Part shown: piece by piece, positions 36,756 to 45,323 of the stretch | How positions within the stretch are numbered: position 1 is the stretch's first letter | Layout: each line of letters starts with the position of its first letter | Source: an uncultured bacterium | GTDB taxonomy: Bacteria; Omnitrophota; Omnitrophia; Omnitrophales; Abzuiibacteriaceae | Direction of reading: 5' to 3' | Length of the DNA stretch: 64,000 nucleotides | Assembly: GCA_964387845.1 (NCBI GenBank) | Contig: CAYLXA010000004.1 | Coordinates: 32,001-96,000 of the forward strand | Notes under the pieces: model-generated | What the model saw: only the letters and a program-made list of their open reading frames with translations | What the model was told of the DNA's origin: nothing | The model's database searches: none | Made by a program: the position numbers and the translations under genes

Positions 36756-39197
36756 ATGCTTCAACAGTACTTCATAGCACTTTTCATATCCGGACTTTCT
36801 CATACCCTTCTTGCAACTTTTGTCTATTTGAATAGTAAGTCAAAGTCATCAAATATCACTTATGTGGGCTATTCATATTCGATTGCTTTTTGGAGTTGCG
36901 GTCAAGCATTTGCCATAATCCAGCATCAATATCAAGCTGGACTATATTTATGGCGGATAAGCCATATCGGAGTAATATTCATACCCGTTTTCTTTGTGCA
37001 TTTCGTAATGAGCCTGTTCCCCTCCGAACGACAGACTAAGCAGCAGTTCGTTTTATTTCTCTCTTATTGTTTTGGTATATTCTTCTTTATATTAAATTTT
37101 CTTGGGTACCTAATATCCGACGTAAGCCCTAAAGGTCACTTTAGGTTTGCGATGGAACCGGGCCCTTTATACTTGATGTTTGTTTTAGTCTGGGTAATAT
37201 GGGTTTCGTATGGTTTGTTGAAATTATTTAAGCTATATCAGATTTCGAATGAAAGCAGAAGAAAGCAGCTGCAATATTTTTCTGTTTCCATGTTTTTTGC
37301 GTACGTAGGTGGTGCACCAAATTTCTTGCCAGCGTTTCGTATAGAAGTACCAATTCTTATGCCATATGGTACTTACGCTATAGCGATTTATGCTTTTTTT
37401 ACAGCATTTGCAATTGTAGAGCATCGTCTTTTTGATATCGAAGTCATTATCAAGAAAACGCTTGTGTTTGCGGGACTGACGTCATTCGTGTTCGGCGTTT
37501 TTGCGGGCATTACGTTCCTGGCGCGGGAGATTTTGAGCACGTATGTGCAGGTCCCGAGCGCGGTGGCGAACATCCTGAGTATTGCAATTGTCGTGCTTTG
37601 CTATGATCCGCTCCGGAATTTCCTTGTGAATGTGACGGACCGCTTTCTGTCTCAGAAAAAATTCAATTACGCGAAAGTCCTCAGAGAAACGAGCAAAGAC
37701 ATCGCGCTTGTGACGAGCCTGACGGAACTGACGCGGCGGATTATCGCGGTGTTGATCCGAAAAGCCCGCACCAAGAACACGGCGATTTTTATCCGCAACG
37801 TGAAGGACGATCATTTGGAACTCAAGGGCTGTTACGGCTACGGCCGCAAAAACCGGCCCGACATAGTTCTGCAATCTGAAAGCACGATCGTGAAATTTCT
37901 CGATGAACACCAGCAGCCCTTTACGCGCCAGCAGCTCGAAGAAGAGAAGACGAGAGTCACGGACCCTGAAAGACGCGACCGCATCAGCATTATTCTGCAG
38001 CTTATGAATATTCTCAAAGCGCAAGTCGTGGTGCCGAGTTTCCTCGGAGGTGCGGCGGAAATCACCGGCAATCAAAAATCAGGCACAAGTTTGCGGAGTC
38101 TCCTGATTCTGGGCGAGAAAAAGTCTGATGAGGATTATTACGAAGAAGATCTCGACATGCTTGCCACGCTTGCGCAAGAACACGCCATTGCGTTTGAAAA
38201 CGCACGGCTCTTCGATGAAGCGCTCGAACGTTCCAAAGAACTTCAGCAAATGAACACCGAACTTGTGAAAGTGCAAGCCGACCTTTTAAATTCGCTGAAT
38301 GAAACCGAGCTCGCGAGCCGGAAACTCCACGAAGCGCAGGCCGCACTGATCGTTGCCGAAAAGAACGCCACCATGGTCGGCATGGCAAAGGCCATCGGCC
38401 ACGAGGTCAACAATCCGCTTTCGACCGTCGCGGGCCGCGCGATGTTCATCCAAAAAACCCGGCTTCCGAAAGTAAAAGACATTATCGAGCGCTACAAAGG
38501 AAAAATCACGGCGGAAGAATATGAGCTGGCGAGGACGAGCTTTGAAAAAATAGACGACGACAGCACGCGCATCGCGACCTGCGCCAAGCGGATCGAAATC
38601 GTCGTCAAAACCCTCACCGGCATCATGAAAGAATCCACCGGCGAATTACAGCCGCTCAGTTTTCTCGTCTTGTGGAAGGAAGCCGCCGAAGCCGTGCGCT
38701 TTAATACCTACGAGGAGAACCTTTCAAGCTGCCAGATCATCGAAGGCATTGCGGCGAATTTGATTGTGCAGGGAAACCTTGAGCAGCTGATTCAAGTCTT
38801 CCTCAATCTGATCAAAAATTCCTACGAGGCGATGATGAATCAGGCGGAGAAATGCATCACGGTCAAAGCCGATGTGGACCCGGATGACCCGCGCTATGCG
38901 CTCATTGTCGTCTCCGATAACGGCCCGGGGATTCCGCCGGATATTCTGCCCAAAATTTGGGGCCAAGGGTTCAGCACTAAAAAGAAAACCAGTTCCGATA
39001 TCGGCGCGGTCGGGCAAGGGCAGGGGCTTTATATCGTCAAACATATGGTCGAGTCGGTCCATAAGGGCACGATCATTGCCGAAAGCATGCCGGGCCACGG
39101 GACTTCCTTCATTATCCGCCTTCCGATTGCGGAGGAGCATGTGGTGATGCGGACGAATGACCAATCAAATAAGACAGAAGTAGCGGATAGCGGGTAG
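36756..39197 (+). CDS. Large membrane sensor histidine kinase with a 7TM-type N-terminus, a GAF-like/coiled-coil middle and HisKA + HATPase_c.
   Basis: H box GHEVNNPLS. N/G boxes NLIKNSYEAM, SDNGPGIP, GQGLYI. Confidence 0.8.
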   Translation: MLQQYFIALFISGLSHTLLATFVYLNSKSKSSNITYVGYSYSIAFWSCGQAFAIIQHQYQAGLYLWRISHIGVIFIPVFFVHFVMSLFPSERQTKQQFVLFLSYCFGIFFFILNFLGYLISDVSPKGHFRFAMEPGPLYLMFVLVWVIWVSYGLLKLFKLYQISNESRRKQLQYFSVSMFFAYVGGAPNFLPAFRIEVPILMPYGTYAIAIYAFFTAFAIVEHRLFDIEVIIKKTLVFAGLTSFVFGVFAGITFLAREILSTYVQVPSAVANILSIAIVVLCYDPLRNFLVNVTDRFLSQKKFNYAKVLRETSKDIALVTSLTELTRRIIAVLIRKARTKNTAIFIRNVKDDHLELKGCYGYGRKNRPDIVLQSESTIVKFLDEHQQPFTRQQLEEEKTRVTDPERRDRISIILQLMNILKAQVVVPSFLGGAAEITGNQKSGTSLRSLLILGEKKSDEDYYEEDLDMLATLAQEHAIAFENARLFDEALERSKELQQMNTELVKVQADLLNSLNETELASRKLHEAQAALIVAEKNATMVGMAKAIGHEVNNPLSTVAGRAMFIQKTRLPKVKDIIERYKGKITAEEYELARTSFEKIDDDSTRIATCAKRIEIVVKTLTGIMKESTGELQPLSFLVLWKEAAEAVRFNTYEENLSSCQIIEGIAANLIVQGNLEQLIQVFLNLIKNSYEAMMNQAEKCITVKADVDPDDPRYALIVVSDNGPGIPPDILPKIWGQGFSTKKKTSSDIGAVGQGQGLYIVKHMVESVHKGTIIAESMPGHGTSFIIRLPIAEEHVVMRTNDQSNKTEVADSG

Positions 39198-39219
39198 CGT
39201 TTAGCGTATAGAAATAAAA

Positions 39220-39576
39220 ATGAGTACAAAAACTCGAAGTTTCAGAGATTTGATTGTATGGCAGAAATCGTATCAGTTGGTAATAGAAATCTATCAAATA
39301 ACAAAAGGCTTCCCAAAAGAGGAGTTGTACGGCTTAGTACAACAAATTCGCCGTTCAGCGGTTTCAATTCCCTCAAACATTGCGGAAGGTTATGGACGGC
39401 AGTTTCAAAAGGAATACAAGCAATTTTTATCAATTTCTTACGGCTCTCTTTGCGAATTGGAAACACAATATTTGATTGCAGTGGATTTGAAATATATTCA
39501 GAGAGTTCCATCATTGGAAGATTTAATGAAAGAAGTAGGAGCCATTCTTTATCGGATGATCAATCCTATCCGCTAA
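39220..39576 (+). CDS. Four-helix-bundle protein (23S rRNA intervening-sequence protein family, TIGR02436).
   Basis: DLIVWQKSYQL ... FPKEELYGLVQQIRRSAVSIPSNIAEGYGR signature. Confidence 0.8.
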   Translation: MSTKTRSFRDLIVWQKSYQLVIEIYQITKGFPKEELYGLVQQIRRSAVSIPSNIAEGYGRQFQKEYKQFLSISYGSLCELETQYLIAVDLKYIQRVPSLEDLMKEVGAILYRMINPIR

Positions 39577-39598
39577 ACGCTATGCGCTGTACGCTATT

Positions 39599-39970
39599 AT
39601 GAAACGTATACTTATTTGCGACGACGAAGAAGAGATTTGCGAATTTCTCAAAGAGACGCTTGTCTCGGAAGGTTTTGAGGCCGTATCTTTCATTGCCGGC
39701 GAAAAAGCCATGGAAGCTTCGGCAAAACAGAGCTTCGATTTGGCGATTGTAGACTTGAAGCTCCAAACCGCCGTGAGCGGACTTGACCTGGTCCAATTTT
39801 TGCGCCACCGCCAGCCGCATATTAAAATCATCGTGATTACGGGCTACATCGACGCCGGGCTCAAATACGCAGCTGAATCCGCCGGCATCAGCGCTTTCGC
39901 CGAAAAGCCCCACGCCGTCCGGCCTGACGTGATTTTGCCGCTTGTCAAGCAAGCGTTGGGGATGCGGTAG
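39599..39970 (+). CDS. Response regulator, receiver domain only.
   Basis: ILICDDEEEI, DLAIVDLKL, KP receiver motifs. Confidence 0.8.
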   Translation: MKRILICDDEEEICEFLKETLVSEGFEAVSFIAGEKAMEASAKQSFDLAIVDLKLQTAVSGLDLVQFLRHRQPHIKIIVITGYIDAGLKYAAESAGISAFAEKPHAVRPDVILPLVKQALGMR

Positions 39971-40107
39971 TGCGCTGCAAGCTTCAAGCCGCAGGCCTCA
40001 TGCTGCAGCCACAAGCCACAAGCTTCAGGCTACATGCTACAGGCGATAAGTTTAAAGCTTGAGGCTTGCAGCTTGTAGCCTGAAGCGTGCAGCATGAAGC
40101 TTGAAGC
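39971..40107. repeat. 137 bp inverted array of GC heptad repeats. The left arm is about 8 caagcc-type heptads and the right arm is the reverse complement (aagcttg / aggcttg-type). It is intergenic.
   Basis: Left: gcaagct tcaagcc gcaggcc tcatgct gcagcca caagcca caagctt. Right: aaagctt gaggctt gcagctt gtagcct gaagcgt gcagcat gaagctt. Confidence 0.7.
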
Positions 40108-40181
40108 TAAATAGTCATTGCCCATCTGTAAAATCTTCATTAAAATCAAGCCATTTAACCATTGAGAAAGCGAGTTATGAC

Positions 40182-40343
40182 ATGAGCATGCCGGGACCTT
40201 TCGAGTTAGTCATTATCTTTCTTGTCATTCTGCTTCTTTTCGGAGGCAAAAAGCTGCCCGAAATCGGCAAAGCCATCGGTGAAGGCATCCGCGAATTTAA
40301 GCGGGCGATGGGCGACGGGGATAAGAAGGACGAGAAGAAATAA
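40182..40343 (+). CDS. tatA: Sec-independent translocase component TatA/E.
   Basis: MSMPGPFELVIIFLVILLLFGGKKLPEIGKAIGEGIREFKRAM. The start was moved to the internal ATG, which follows a GAGAAAG ribosome-binding site. Confidence 0.8.
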   Translation: MSMPGPFELVIIFLVILLLFGGKKLPEIGKAIGEGIREFKRAMGDGDKKDEKK

Positions 40344-40446
40344 ATTCAAATTTCAAAATTTAAATTTCAAAACAAATTCTAAATCCAAAATATTTCAAAT
40401 TTGAAATTTTAGCATTGTTTTGAATTTTGATATTTGAATTTGATAA
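40344..40446. repeat. AT-rich inverted heptad-repeat element, copy 3 of 4, between tatA and tRNA-Arg.
   Basis: aattcaaatttcaaaatttaaatttcaaaa ... ttttgaattttgatatttgaatttga. Confidence 0.6.
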
Positions 40447-40452
40447 AGAAAT

Positions 40453-40526
40453 CGTGCCTGGAGGGAATCGAACCCCCGACCCTGGGATTAGAAATCCCAT
40501 GCTCTATCCAACTGAGCTACAGGCAC
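40453..40526 (-). tRNA. tRNA-Arg (anticodon TCT)
   Basis: Reverse complement GTGCCTG-TA-GCTC-AGTTGGATA-GAGC-A-TGGGA-TTTCTAA-TCCCA-GGGTC-GGGGG-TTCGATT-CCCTC-CAGGCAC-G. A cloverleaf fold was done by hand. CCA is not encoded. Confidence 0.8.
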
Positions 40527-40592
40527 ATGGAATGGCAGACTTCTTAAAAATATAACTGATAAAAATCATAAGTAAAGCAAAGTTTTAAACCA

Positions 40593-41465
40593 ATGACACA
40601 ACCCACCCATAAAGGCCGAGTCATTCTGTGGTCGATCGCGACAGCCGGGTTTTTGACCGTGCTGAAGCTCGGCGTCGGGTTTTTTGTACAATCCATGGCG
40701 ATTGCGGCATCTGCCATCGATTCGCTCATGGACGTGCTGGTTTCGACCGTCAATTACATTTCGCTCCGCGAAGCCGAAAAACCTGCGGATGACGACCATG
40801 CCTACGGCCACGGCAAAATAGAAAGCCTGGCAGGACTTTTTCAAAGTCTTGTGATCAGCGCCTCCGGCCTTTACCTCATTTATGAATCTGCGCGGCGCTG
40901 GATTGCCGGCGAGACTTTGGCGAACACCGACATCGGCATCCTGGTGATGGTGATTTCAATGGTGCTCACGTTTTTTCTTGTGCGCCGCCTGAAATCGGTT
41001 GCGGATCATACCGGTTCCGTGATCGTCGGGACCGAGTCGCTCCATTTTACGATCGATTTCCTCACCAACGGCGGCGTGATTTTAGCGCTCGTCCTGGCCA
41101 GGTTTACGGGCCAGACTTTCTGGGATTTTATGGTCGCGATTTTAATCGCGCTCTTCATCCTGAAAGAATCATTCGGAATTATGCGAAACGCCATCGACGA
41201 ACTGATTGACCGCGCACTTCCGGAAGAAATTCAAAAGGAAATCGGCAATTTAATTTTAAATCACGACAGCCGGATCCTGGGTTTTCACAACCTCAGGACG
41301 CGGAAAATCGGCGAGACCAAAGTGATCGAGTTTCACATGGAGCTTGAGAAAAATCTCGCGTTTGAAGAAGCGCACAATCTGACGGAAGCTGTCATTGCCA
41401 AAATCCGCGACAAGTTCCCGGGCTCTGATGTGAACGTGCACTTTGACCCGGAAGGGGGCGTCTGA
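40593..41465 (+). CDS. Cation diffusion facilitator (CDF) family metal efflux transporter.
   Basis: Six TM helices. SLMDVLVS and HAYGHGKIESLAG motifs. C-terminal cytoplasmic domain. Confidence 0.8.
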   Translation: MTQPTHKGRVILWSIATAGFLTVLKLGVGFFVQSMAIAASAIDSLMDVLVSTVNYISLREAEKPADDDHAYGHGKIESLAGLFQSLVISASGLYLIYESARRWIAGETLANTDIGILVMVISMVLTFFLVRRLKSVADHTGSVIVGTESLHFTIDFLTNGGVILALVLARFTGQTFWDFMVAILIALFILKESFGIMRNAIDELIDRALPEEIQKEIGNLILNHDSRILGFHNLRTRKIGETKVIEFHMELEKNLAFEEAHNLTEAVIAKIRDKFPGSDVNVHFDPEGGV

Positions 41466-41479
41466 TCAAGTTATAAGTG

Positions 41480-41532
41480 GTAAGTGATAAGTGTTAAGCC
41501 GATCAACTACTTACCACTTACCACTTACCACT
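41480..41532. terminator. Inverted heptad array (taagtgN x3 / ccactta x3) between the convergent CDF and exbD genes. Probable bidirectional terminator.
   Basis: taagtgg taagtga taagtgt taagcc gatcaa ctactta ccactta ccactta ccactta cg. Confidence 0.5.
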
Positions 41533-41948
41533 TACGACTGAACGCGCGTTTGGAGGACGACGTTCTTCGCGCCGCTGTCGCGCACAACCTGAAGAATGTT
41601 CACGAGCGCCTGCACCGAAGCCTGCTTGTCAGAGCGCAACACCACGCGCTCGTTTTGAATGGTTTCATCCTTGAGTTTCGCCTCCAGCGCACTCATCTCA
41701 ATCGGTTCGTTATTCCAAAGCAGGTTGCCTTTCCGGGTGAGCATGATTTCGTGCTCGGTCCGGACGAGGTCTACTTTTCCGGATGTGACGCGCGGAAGGT
41801 CAACTTTGAGCGGCGAGAGTTTTTCCTGGCCGAAAGTGGCGATCAGGCTGAAGGTGATAAAGAAAAAGAGAAACAAATTCATGACGATATCAGTCAGCGC
41901 AATGGACTCCAGCGTGACGTGATTCTTGCCGCGGGGTTTAAATCGCAT
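41532..41948 (-). CDS. exbD: ExbD/TolR biopolymer transport protein.
   Basis: Single N-terminal TM helix plus a periplasmic domain. Typical ExbD length and profile. Confidence 0.75.
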   Translation of the reverse strand: MRFKPRGKNHVTLESIALTDIVMNLFLFFFITFSLIATFGQEKLSPLKVDLPRVTSGKVDLVRTEHEIMLTRKGNLLWNNEPIEMSALEAKLKDETIQNERVVLRSDKQASVQALVNILQVVRDSGAKNVVLQTRVQS

Positions 41949-42663
41949 GGAATTTTCTGCCCGGGATTTGCGCGGACGGTTTTTCGATTTCGACGCTGCG
42001 GGCTTCTTCTGCTATGACGGCTTGCCGGATTTTCGAAATGAATTCGGTTGTGTAATGGGAGAGTTGTAACGCACGGGCTTCCAGGCGCGCCAAAAACCAA
42101 TGATGAATCAAAAAGTATGGGATGGCCAAAATCAGCCCCGCGGCCGTTGTGATCATGGCGGCGTACATACCACCCGAAAGCTGGGCCACGGTGACGGAAG
42201 TGCCGAGCGCTTGCCACTCCTGAAAAGCGCCGATTAGGCCGATAATCGTTCCCAAGAAACCGAGGAGCGGCAGGACGGTTACGAGGGCGCCGAGGAGCTT
42301 GATTCCGGATTCCAGGCGGAAGATAATTTCATCGCCCGTTAATTTAACCGCTTCTTCGACGGCGTGCAGGTCGGTTAAAGATTTTCCGATTTCGGCGAAT
42401 CCTGCGCTGAAAATTTCGGAAATCGGGTGCTTAAAATTTCGGCAAATAATTTGCGCTTGCGGCCAGTCGCGCCGCCGGATGGATTCGGAAATGCCGGCCA
42501 AAAACATCGGCGACACATTCGAGAGCCGGGCGAGCGAGAAAAGTTTTTCGACGACAATCGACAGCGCAATGAGTGAGACGATCCCGATCGGGATCATCAC
42601 CGGGCCGCCAAGAATAATGTAATGGAGCATGGGTAATATCTTAACAAAATGGACGAGAAACAT
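41938..42663 (-). CDS. exbB: MotA/TolQ/ExbB proton-channel family protein.
   Basis: Three TM helices. LGTIIGLIGAF motif. Overlaps exbD. Confidence 0.75.
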   Translation of the reverse strand: MFLVHFVKILPMLHYIILGGPVMIPIGIVSLIALSIVVEKLFSLARLSNVSPMFLAGISESIRRRDWPQAQIICRNFKHPISEIFSAGFAEIGKSLTDLHAVEEAVKLTGDEIIFRLESGIKLLGALVTVLPLLGFLGTIIGLIGAFQEWQALGTSVTVAQLSGGMYAAMITTAAGLILAIPYFLIHHWFLARLEARALQLSHYTTEFISKIRQAVIAEEARSVEIEKPSAQIPGRKFHAI

Positions 42664-44232
42664 AAACTGTTAAAATCGGTCGGGAAGGTAGGTGCGCTGA
42701 CGACCTTGAGCCGGATTCTGGGTTACGGCCGTGACGCAGTGCTGGCGGCGGTTTTGGGCGCGGGGCTTGGTATGGATGCCTTCGCGATCGCATTCCGTAT
42801 CGCAAACCTCTTCCGGCGTCTCTTGGGCGAAGGCGCAATGACAGCCGCTTTTGTGCCGGTGCTTACGCAATACCGCGAAGAGCATACCAACGAAGAAACC
42901 TGGGACTTTGTTTCCAAATTTTTCTACACGCTTGCTTTGATGTTGGCGGGGTTGGTCGTACTGCAGATCATCTTTGCGCCCTGGATTGTCCGGATCATGT
43001 CGCCCGGTTTCGGCGAAATTGAGGGGAAGTGGGCGCTTACGACATTCCTCAACCGGATGATGGCGCCTTATTTGTTTTTTGTGGGCTTGGCCGCGCTTTT
43101 GATGGCAATTCTAAATTCACTCAGAAGCTACGCCGTTTCGGCGGCAAACCCGATTTTCTTCAATCTGGCGGTGATTGCATCCGCTTTCACGATTTCGCAA
43201 TTGTTCAGCGAGCCTGCTGTCGGTATTTCGCTCGGGGTTTTATTCGGCGGATTTCTGCAGATGGCGGTCCAAATCCCCGAAGCACGCAAAAAGGGAATGA
43301 TTTTTAAACCCGCCGTTTCTTTTTCACATCCCGAAATCCGAAAAATCGCATCGCTCATGGGCCCCGGCGTTGTCGGCATCGGCATTTATCAACTGAATTT
43401 GTTTGTCGACTCCATCGTGGGGTCTCTGCTTGTGGAGGGAAGCGTTTCGGCACTTTATTATTCAAACCGCGTTGTGGAGCTTGTGCAGGGAATCTTTGTC
43501 ATTTCATTTGCGACCGTTATTTTGACCGAAATGTCAAAACATGCGGCCGAGAAAAATCACGACGCGATGCGCGAGACGCTTTCGTTTTCACTCCGCATGT
43601 CCGCATTCGTGACGATCCCGGCATCGTTCGGTTTGATGGTGCTCGCATATCCGATTACACAGATTTTATTTGAGCGCGGTGAATTTACAGCGGAAGATAC
43701 CGCGCGTTCTGCGTTTGCGCTCATGTTTTACGCCGTCGGAATTTGTTTTGTTGCAGGTGCACGCATTATGGTGCAGGCGTTTTATGCCGTTCAGGACACC
43801 AAAACACCCGTCAAAGCAGCGTTTGTTTCTTTGATTGTCAATGTCATCGGCAACATTCTTTTGATCGGACTTTTGGCGCAGGGCGGTATCGCACTTGCGA
43901 CCTCGATCGCAGCAGCAGTTAATTTTTTCCAGCTTCTCATGATTTACGAAAAGCGCTTCGGCAAACTGGACTGGGCTCCACTTCGGGAAAGTTTGGTCAA
44001 GATCTTGAGCCAGACGGCCGCCATGGTGCTTGCATGCTTTCTGTTTTTGAATCTGCTTCGGTACTCGAAAGACGGCCTATTTTTCACGAATACCGTGGCG
44101 TTATTCGTCACGATTTTTCTGGGTTTAGCAATTTATTTGGGTGCCGCACTACTTCTCAATTCACAGGAATTAGCAGCGATTAGGAGGGGAAAACGTCCAC
44201 CTATGCCCCCGCCGGCTTCTGAATCGCACTAG
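42649..44232 (+). CDS. murJ: Lipid II flippase MurJ (MviN).
   Basis: N-terminal LSRILGYGRDAVLAAVLGAG ... DAFAIAFRIANLFRRLLGEGA signature. 14 TM helices. Confidence 0.85.
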   Translation: MDEKHKLLKSVGKVGALTTLSRILGYGRDAVLAAVLGAGLGMDAFAIAFRIANLFRRLLGEGAMTAAFVPVLTQYREEHTNEETWDFVSKFFYTLALMLAGLVVLQIIFAPWIVRIMSPGFGEIEGKWALTTFLNRMMAPYLFFVGLAALLMAILNSLRSYAVSAANPIFFNLAVIASAFTISQLFSEPAVGISLGVLFGGFLQMAVQIPEARKKGMIFKPAVSFSHPEIRKIASLMGPGVVGIGIYQLNLFVDSIVGSLLVEGSVSALYYSNRVVELVQGIFVISFATVILTEMSKHAAEKNHDAMRETLSFSLRMSAFVTIPASFGLMVLAYPITQILFERGEFTAEDTARSAFALMFYAVGICFVAGARIMVQAFYAVQDTKTPVKAAFVSLIVNVIGNILLIGLLAQGGIALATSIAAAVNFFQLLMIYEKRFGKLDWAPLRESLVKILSQTAAMVLACFLFLNLLRYSKDGLFFTNTVALFVTIFLGLAIYLGAALLLNSQELAAIRRGKRPPMPPPASESH

Positions 44233-44289
44233 CCGATCAATTTCCGTCATTGGCTTTTTAGTTCTATTATCGTAAAATAGCGGTTTCGC

Positions 44290-44404
44290 GGTGACCGTAG
44301 CTTCCGCCACAAATCGTGGCGGACCCGCCGCGCAGTATGGCGGGCAATCTGGTCGTCATCAAAGATGACGACTCGATTTCGCTGCGCACAAGTCGAATGA
44401 TTAT
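44290..44404 (+). other. Duplicated 5' fragment of tRNA-His (ggtgaccgtagct) followed by three tandem perfect hairpins, immediately upstream of the intact tRNA-His.
   Basis: The 13 nt at 44290-44302 are identical to the tRNA 5' end at 44405-44417. Hairpins: tccgccacaaatcgtggcgga, cccgcc..ggcggg, tcgtcatcaaagatgacga. Confidence 0.5.
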
Positions 44405-44483
44405 GGTGACCGTAGCTCAATCTGGTTAGAGCACAAGATTGTGGATCTTGGGGTTGCGGGTTCAATTCCCGTCGGTCACCCCA
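44405..44483 (+). tRNA. tRNA-His (anticodon GTG) with G-1 and encoded CCA.
   Basis: G-GTGACCG-TA-GCTC-AATCTGGTTA-GAGC-A-CAAGA-TTGTGGA-TCTTG-GGGTT-GCGGG-TTCAATT-CCCGT-CGGTCAC-C-CCA. Confidence 0.85.
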
Positions 44484-44806
44484 TTTGCCTTGAGCTCGAT
44501 TTGGTGCCAATCTCAAGGCAAATGGTGCTATCGCATTAAAAATCAAAAACAATTTTGGGAGGCGATTGCCCCCACACTCCGGACCCCGCCCCACGTTTTT
44601 AAAGTTGTTTGATCCTCTTAGAAAAGGCGAGAATTGGCTCCAGAAGGAGCAAAACAACGACGCGGGCAAATAAAAAGCATACCTCAGCCTGGAAACGGGG
44701 TTGCTTGGCTTTGCCAAGACTGCCATCAATTCTCGTCTGCCTCAGATAATCCCATTTCAATACAGATAAAATCCACTCTTTTTAAGAGAATAATTTGAAA
44801 AAATCA

Positions 44807-44851
44807 TTGACAGAGGGTAGCTTTTACTTATAATCCTACAAGTCCTATAGG
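44807..44851 (+). promoter_or_regulatory. Sigma-70-like promoter (TTGACA-16 bp-TATAAT) plus a 10 bp palindrome (tcctatagga), upstream of the Rrf2-sbp-cysTWA operon.
   Basis: TTGACA at 44807-44812, TATAAT at 44829-44834, palindrome at about 44842-44851. Confidence 0.5.
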
Positions 44852-44862
44852 AGATATATGAT

Positions 44863-45321
44863 ATGAAAATAACGAAGCGCGGCGAATATGCGTTCAAAAT
44901 CATGATGTCGCTTGCAAAAGATCAGATGCTTGATCGGCCTTTGACGCTCCGCGAAATCTCCGCGGGCGAAAAATTGCCGCTCAAATTCTTGGAGCAAATC
45001 ATGATTCTGCTTCGACGCGCCGAGCTCGTGGAAAGCTCAATGGGCAGTCACGGCGGCTACAAGCTTGCTAGGCCTGCAAACGAAATCACACTGGGTGAAA
45101 TTATCCGTTCAGTAGACGGCCCGCTTGCGCCGGTGATGAATGCCCGGGAAATTAAGCGTAAAATCGATCGAAGGGATAGGCATTCCGGGCTTTACTTGGT
45201 GTTGATGGATGTGCGGAACGCTATTGCGGAAATTTTAGACAAAAAAACTTTGGCGGATGTTCTTGAGAGATCTATGGAAGCGCAGTGGTCTGATCCGGCC
45301 AGTTCAATGTATTACATTTAA
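44863..45321 (+). CDS. Rrf2-family transcriptional regulator (CymR/IscR-like).
   Basis: N-terminal winged helix [14 protein letters not shown] ... LTLREIS. Sits upstream of the sulfate transporter genes. Confidence 0.75.
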   Translation: MKITKRGEYAFKIMMSLAKDQMLDRPLTLREISAGEKLPLKFLEQIMILLRRAELVESSMGSHGGYKLARPANEITLGEIIRSVDGPLAPVMNAREIKRKIDRRDRHSGLYLVLMDVRNAIAEILDKKTLADVLERSMEAQWSDPASSMYYI

Positions 45322-45323
45322 TC

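Noticed and set aside
40101-40181. A 27-aa N-terminal extension of TatA from the ORF-track start.
   Set aside because: The extension is not TatA-like. An internal ATG is preceded by a good ribosome-binding site and gives a canonical TatA N-terminus.
41484-42017. A 177-aa plus-strand ORF.
   Set aside because: It is antisense to the well-supported exbD and exbB genes.
44247-44729. A 160-aa minus-strand ORF.
   Set aside because: It overlaps tRNA-His and the hairpin region, so it is a spurious ORF.
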